Shown: one piece after another, positions 60,409-64,000 of the stretch | How the letters are laid out: each line of letters starts with the position of its first letter | How positions within the stretch are numbered: the first letter of the stretch is position 1 | Assembly: GCA_035536115.1 (NCBI GenBank) | Contig: DATLOU010000014.1 | Span: 2,937 to 66,936, forward strand | From: Rhizomicrobium sp. | GTDB lineage: Bacteria > Pseudomonadota > Alphaproteobacteria > Micropepsales > Micropepsaceae | Length of the DNA: 64,000 nucleotides | Direction: 5' to 3' | Notes under the pieces: model-generated | The model's database searches: none | Told to the model about the DNA's origin: nothing | The model's input: the letters and a program-made list of their open reading frames with translations, nothing else | Program-made: the position numbers and the translations under genes

Positions 60409-61385
60409 CAGCTTTCGGCCGGCCTTGCGAGCGCGCGGCGTCCTTCCATGGCCTGCCAGGCGAGAAGCACCGGTACGCCGATGACGATGTCGCGCGCCCG
60501 GCGCAGCAGCGACACGGCGAGACCGATCTCAGGCCCCAGTCCGAACAACGGCATGAGCGCGGCGTAGCCGGCTTCCTGGACGCCGATAGCCGAAGGGATG
60601 AAGACAGTCGCGCTGCGCAACCCGGCGAGCAAGGCCTCGATCGCGATCGCCGATGGAAAACTGAGATGGCCGCCGATCAGCCGGACCGAGAGCCATACAA
60701 TGAGTGCGCTCGCGGTCCAGGAGAGAAGGTGGATGGTGGCCGAGGCGGCGAGCCGTGCCGGGGACGCATAGATCACCTTCAGAGCCAGAGCGAATGCCGC
60801 GGTGTGCTTGACGGCGGCGGGAAGAAGCCGGTTCGCCAACCGTTCGGCAAGTGCGCTGCCGCGCTTCTGCAGAACGACGAGGGCGGCAATTCCGGGAACG
60901 AGCAGAAACGTGCCTAGGACCAAGCCGTCGACATACGGCGCCAGGGTCGCGGACGCGCGGAGCTCCGTCAGGCACAGCGCGATGCCGATGGCGATGAAGG
61001 CGATCTGCGCCATCAGCTCCGTCGTCACGTCGGCCGCCATCGAGGCGAAAGCCATCGGTGCAGGCACACCACGCAAGGTCAGCGCCCGCGCGCCGATCAC
61101 CATCCCGCCGAACTGCGAGAAGGGAAGAATGTCGCCCGCGCTGTCGCGGGTCTGTCGACCGATGATGCAGCTCACCAGATTGCGCAGACGATGATCGGGC
61201 AGCAGGGCGAACCAGCCGCTGCCCATCAGCGCGACGATGCCAAGTCCGGTCAAACAGATCAGCGCAAAACCGCCGAGACCGACCGAAGCAATCGCCGCGA
61301 AGACCGAAGCTGCACCGACATGGAAAAGAAGCCAGACCGCGATTGCGAGCCCGAATATGGCGGCAGCGACGACTCCGGCTTTCAT
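60408..61385 (-). CDS. hpnL: HpnL-like integral membrane protein (lysyl-PG synthase TM-region / UPF0104 family)
   Basis: 325 aa with about 8 TM helices and the glycine- and arginine-spaced pattern of UPF0104. Its stop shares 1 nt with the hpnA start. Confidence 0.7.
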   Translation of the reverse strand: MKAGVVAAAIFGLAIAVWLLFHVGAASVFAAIASVGLGGFALICLTGLGIVALMGSGWFALLPDHRLRNLVSCIIGRQTRDSAGDILPFSQFGGMVIGARALTLRGVPAPMAFASMAADVTTELMAQIAFIAIGIALCLTELRASATLAPYVDGLVLGTFLLVPGIAALVVLQKRGSALAERLANRLLPAAVKHTAAFALALKVIYASPARLAASATIHLLSWTASALIVWLSVRLIGGHLSFPSAIAIEALLAGLRSATVFIPSAIGVQEAGYAALMPLFGLGPEIGLAVSLLRRARDIVIGVPVLLAWQAMEGRRALARPAES

Positions 61386-61392
61386 CGCCCGC

Positions 61393-62289
61393 TCAAGCGG
61401 TCACAACTGGTTTCGGCCCGAAGAGCCGCCGGAAGGTGCGCACCATGAACGGCACAAAGCGCGGGCGCTTGAGGCGCCCGTCGTAAACGCCGAGACGGCG
61501 CGCGTTCTCGCTGAGGCAGATATCCATCAACTTGAAGGCGTCGATGTCGTCGGCGAGCTGGCTTGCTCCCGTCATGGTGAAATTGTTGTCCTGCACGCCG
61601 TTCGAGACGTCGGATGCGATGCCGATACGCTCCCAGATCAGGAATGCCCACACCGCGAGCACTTTCAACTCGAACCAGGGCCGCCGCCAGAGCGGCATGT
61701 TGCGCCGATGCCAGGAAACCCAGTTCACGAAGAAGAGGATATGGCGACCCTCTTCGTGGATGACGGGCTCGAAGGTTTCGACGAGCGCGGCCGGAAAATA
61801 ACCCGACGCGCGCGCGGTCTCGAACAGTCCGAAGGCGAAGAAGCTGTCGATGCATTCGCTGTAGCCGGTGACCAGAAACGCCCATTCGGGATCTTTGGGG
61901 CGCGGATACTGCGGCTCCGGCGCAAGCTTGATGCCATAGGCTTCCACCAGATTGGAAAGGACGAAGCGATGGCGGCGCTCCTCGAAGCCGCTGAGTTCGA
62001 CGGCCTTGCGCAGCAACGGATCGCGCACGCCTTCGGCATAGGTGCAGACATTGAGGCTGGCGCGGTTTTCGGTCTGCACCGCGATATCCCAGATCGGCAA
62101 CGACGTGATGCGCGCGGTAGCGTCGGCATCCAGCTTGGGCCAATCGATGACCGCCGGGCGGTAGGGATTGAACGTGTCGAGAAGCGTCTTGCAGAAGAGG
62201 CGCTTGTGGTCGTCGCTCCCCATGCGGATCGGGCCATCGCCGACCCCTGGGCCAGTGCCGCTGATTTCGGGAAAAGTCAATACTGACAT
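61393..62289 (-). CDS. ferritin-like diiron-carboxylate protein of unknown function, inside the hpn operon
   Basis: Two E...ExxH pairs are present. They are E(NRASL...)-x-FEERRH and E(CIDSFF...)-x-HEEGRH. An amphipathic/hydrophobic C-terminal segment follows (WFELKVLAVWAFLIWERIGIA). The stop lies 7 nt before the hpnL start. Confidence 0.7.
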   Translation of the reverse strand: MSVLTFPEISGTGPGVGDGPIRMGSDDHKRLFCKTLLDTFNPYRPAVIDWPKLDADATARITSLPIWDIAVQTENRASLNVCTYAEGVRDPLLRKAVELSGFEERRHRFVLSNLVEAYGIKLAPEPQYPRPKDPEWAFLVTGYSECIDSFFAFGLFETARASGYFPAALVETFEPVIHEEGRHILFFVNWVSWHRRNMPLWRRPWFELKVLAVWAFLIWERIGIASDVSNGVQDNNFTMTGASQLADDIDAFKLMDICLSENARRLGVYDGRLKRPRFVPFMVRTFRRLFGPKPVVTA

Positions 62290-62347
62290 GGTCTTATCCT
62301 ACGGAACTCCTCATAGGGGCTGTCGCTCACCCGGCCATAGCAGAGGA

Positions 62348-63181
62348 TCAGAAGTCTGCAAAGCCGCCGCGGGTCACGCCGGAATTGCGCGAGGCCTCGA
62401 CGATGCGCGGCGCCAACAGCGCCTGGAGTTCCTCTGCATAGCGATAGCCAGACGCCGAGCCCCGATAGGGTCCCGTCGCCGGATGCAGATAGATCTCCGT
62501 CAGGCCCGGCGGCAAATTCTCGAGCAATCCCAGAACGCGCCCTGGCGTCATCGCGCCGGACCAGGCGAGACCAAAAACCTGATCGGGTACGCACATCTTG
62601 GCGGCACGAAAGCGGCGTCGCGACAGAAGCAGCCACGGCGTCAACAGCCAATCGCGTGACGCGCTCAGAGTGGGCTCTACACGACGAAGGAGCCAGCGCG
62701 GCTCCAGCGGCACGCGCACCGCGCGCAGACCGTAGCGCCTGCCAACGCGCAGAATCGTCGATGCGATTGTCGGGTGCAGATGAAAGTGCTTGTGGGTGTT
62801 GACGTGATCGAGGGCCAATCCGGTCGCACGGAAGGCGTCAAACTGCGCTTCGACCTCGGCCTCGAGCTGGCGGCGCACGCGCGGCAGGCAAAATATCCTG
62901 AATGCGGCGGCGGTCATGTCGTTGCGAAACATGCCCGCCGCATCGACGAGATCGGGCACGGCGGATGCGGGCAGTGTTGGCCTGCCATCGACCAAAACGA
63001 TATGCAGCCCGACGCGCAGGCGCGGCAAGGCCTTCGCGCGCGCGATGGCGCTTGCTGCGGCTTGGCCGGAAACCATCAGGCTTGCCGCGGTGAGGATGCC
63101 GTCGCGATGGCCTTGCTCGACCGAGTCGTTCACTTCCTCCGCGGCGCCGAAATCGTCCGCCGTGACGATCAGGCCTTTCAC
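62348..63181 (-). CDS. hpnK: YdjC-family deacetylase HpnK
   Basis: MKGLIVTADDFGAAEEVN...GILTAASLMV...VGLHIVL...HVNTHKHFHLHP is a YdjC-like fold. It lies next to hpnJ. Confidence 0.85.
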   Translation of the reverse strand: MKGLIVTADDFGAAEEVNDSVEQGHRDGILTAASLMVSGQAAASAIARAKALPRLRVGLHIVLVDGRPTLPASAVPDLVDAAGMFRNDMTAAAFRIFCLPRVRRQLEAEVEAQFDAFRATGLALDHVNTHKHFHLHPTIASTILRVGRRYGLRAVRVPLEPRWLLRRVEPTLSASRDWLLTPWLLLSRRRFRAAKMCVPDQVFGLAWSGAMTPGRVLGLLENLPPGLTEIYLHPATGPYRGSASGYRYAEELQALLAPRIVEASRNSGVTRGGFADF

Positions 63182-63185
63182 GCGG

Positions 63186-64000
63186 CTACGAGACGATGGC
63201 GTCTTCGCGCGTGCGCAGGAACTGGAAGAACTCCACGCCCTCGCGCAGGCGGCGGCGCATCATTTCCGGCGAGGTGAGCATCTCGCCGACGATGGCAGCA
63301 ATCTTCGAGGGACGGAAATAGAACCGCTTGTAGAAGCTCTCGACCGACTCGAAGATTTCGGTGTGCCCGAGGTGCGGATAGTTGAGCGGCGCGATCTGCG
63401 TACCGTCTTCCGTCAGAAGGTCGGTGTCTTCGGCGAACCAGCCGTTTTCCTTGGCCTGCTTGTAGAGGAAGGTGCCTGGATAAGGCGCAGCGAGCGAGAC
63501 CTGGATCGTGTGCGGATTCACTTCCTTGGCGAAGGCGAGCGTTTCCTCGATCGTTTCGCGCGTTTCGCCAGGAAGGCCCAAAATAAAGGTGCCGTGCACG
63601 ACGATCCCAAGCTCGTGGCAATCCTTCGAGAAGCGCCGCGCGACGTCGACAAGAAGACCCTTTTTGATGTTGTGCAAAATCTTCTGGTTGCCCGATTCAT
63701 ACCCGACCAAGAGCAACCTGAGCCCGTTGGCCTTCAGGATCTCAAGCGTCTTGCGCGGAACATTGGCCTTGGCATTGCAGGACCATACGACACCGAGCTT
63801 GCCGAGTTCCCGTGCCAGCGCTTCGACGCGCGCGTGATCGTCCGTCAATGTGTCGTCGTCGAAGAAGATTTCCTTCACCTGCGGAAATTCCTTCTGCAGG
63901 TACTTCACTTCCTCAATCACCTTGGGGATCGAGCGATAGCGGTATTTATGTCCGCCGATCGTCTGGGGCCAGAGACAGAAGGTGCAACGCGACTTGCAGC
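63186..64000 (-). CDS. hpnJ: B12-binding-domain radical SAM protein HpnJ (3' part; 5' end beyond the window)
   Basis: The reading frame stays open to the window edge. The last visible codons (63961-64000) encode CKSRCTFCLWPQ, the CxxxCxxC cluster motif. The downstream part is GYESGNQKIL...GTFILGLPGET.... Confidence 0.8.
   Translation of the reverse strand, partial: CKSRCTFCLWPQTIGGHKYRYRSIPKVIEEVKYLQKEFPQVKEIFFDDDTLTDDHARVEALARELGKLGVVWSCNAKANVPRKTLEILKANGLRLLLVGYESGNQKILHNIKKGLLVDVARRFSKDCHELGIVVHGTFILGLPGETRETIEETLAFAKEVNPHTIQVSLAAPYPGTFLYKQAKENGWFAEDTDLLTEDGTQIAPLNYPHLGHTEIFESVESFYKRFYFRPSKIAAIVGEMLTSPEMMRRRLREGVEFFQFLRTREDAIVS

Noticed and set aside
58274-60567. 346-aa and 453-aa plus-strand ORFs opposite hpnB/hpnA
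   Set aside because: They are antisense to genes with GT2 and Rossmann motifs. Their composition is low complexity and Arg-rich.

Overview
This is a 64 kb window of high-GC chromosomal DNA whose gene content and order look alphaproteobacterial, probably Hyphomicrobiales/Rhizobiales-like. That placement is inferred from family recognition only; no searches were run. Coding density is high and many gene pairs have ATGA or TGATG stop/start overlaps. I found no rRNA, tRNA, CRISPR array, transposase, integrase or phage genes.

Content from left to right:
- A small AT-richer edge region with poorly characterised membrane and DUF6894-like genes.
- djlA-like, a fused hydantoinase/5-oxoprolinase and an SDR.
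- A four-gene operon of secreted proteins: a TPR protein, two bilobed retropepsin-like aspartic proteases and an SMP-30-like propeller.
- A sahR-like/metF/metH operon.
- An MlaA/MlaC pair, ettA, an outer-membrane barrel and an MBL hydrolase.
- A beta-oxidation cluster.
- A two-gene pair encoding a Cyc2-like fused cytochrome-porin and a HiPIP.
- A PEP-CTERM protein behind a near-consensus sigma-54 promoter.
- A GNAT, an alpha/beta hydrolase and two tandem acyl-CoA synthetases.
- LigD phosphoesterase and polymerase modules with no ligase domain.
- A sugar / sugar-acid cluster: GPH transporter, DUF2961/GH172, lactonase-like amidohydrolase, FucU and a UxaA-type dehydratase.
- A ~21 kb hopanoid region: mlaA2-hpnN-(small ORF)-hpnM, dxs-ispA, ispH-hpnH, and a 12-gene minus-strand operon hpnJ-K-(diiron)-L-A-B-C-D-E-shc-(serine hydrolase)-hpnG.

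The most interesting candidates are:
- The Cyc2-like porin-cytochrome translationally coupled to a PioC/Iro-like HiPIP.
- Two uncharacterised enzymes embedded in the hopanoid operon by start/stop overlap or a 7-nt gap (a ferritin-like diiron protein and a beta-lactamase-fold serine hydrolase).
- A palindromic repeat inserted in frame inside the oxoprolinase gene.
- The secreted double-DTG aspartic protease operon.
- The ligase-less LigD module pair.
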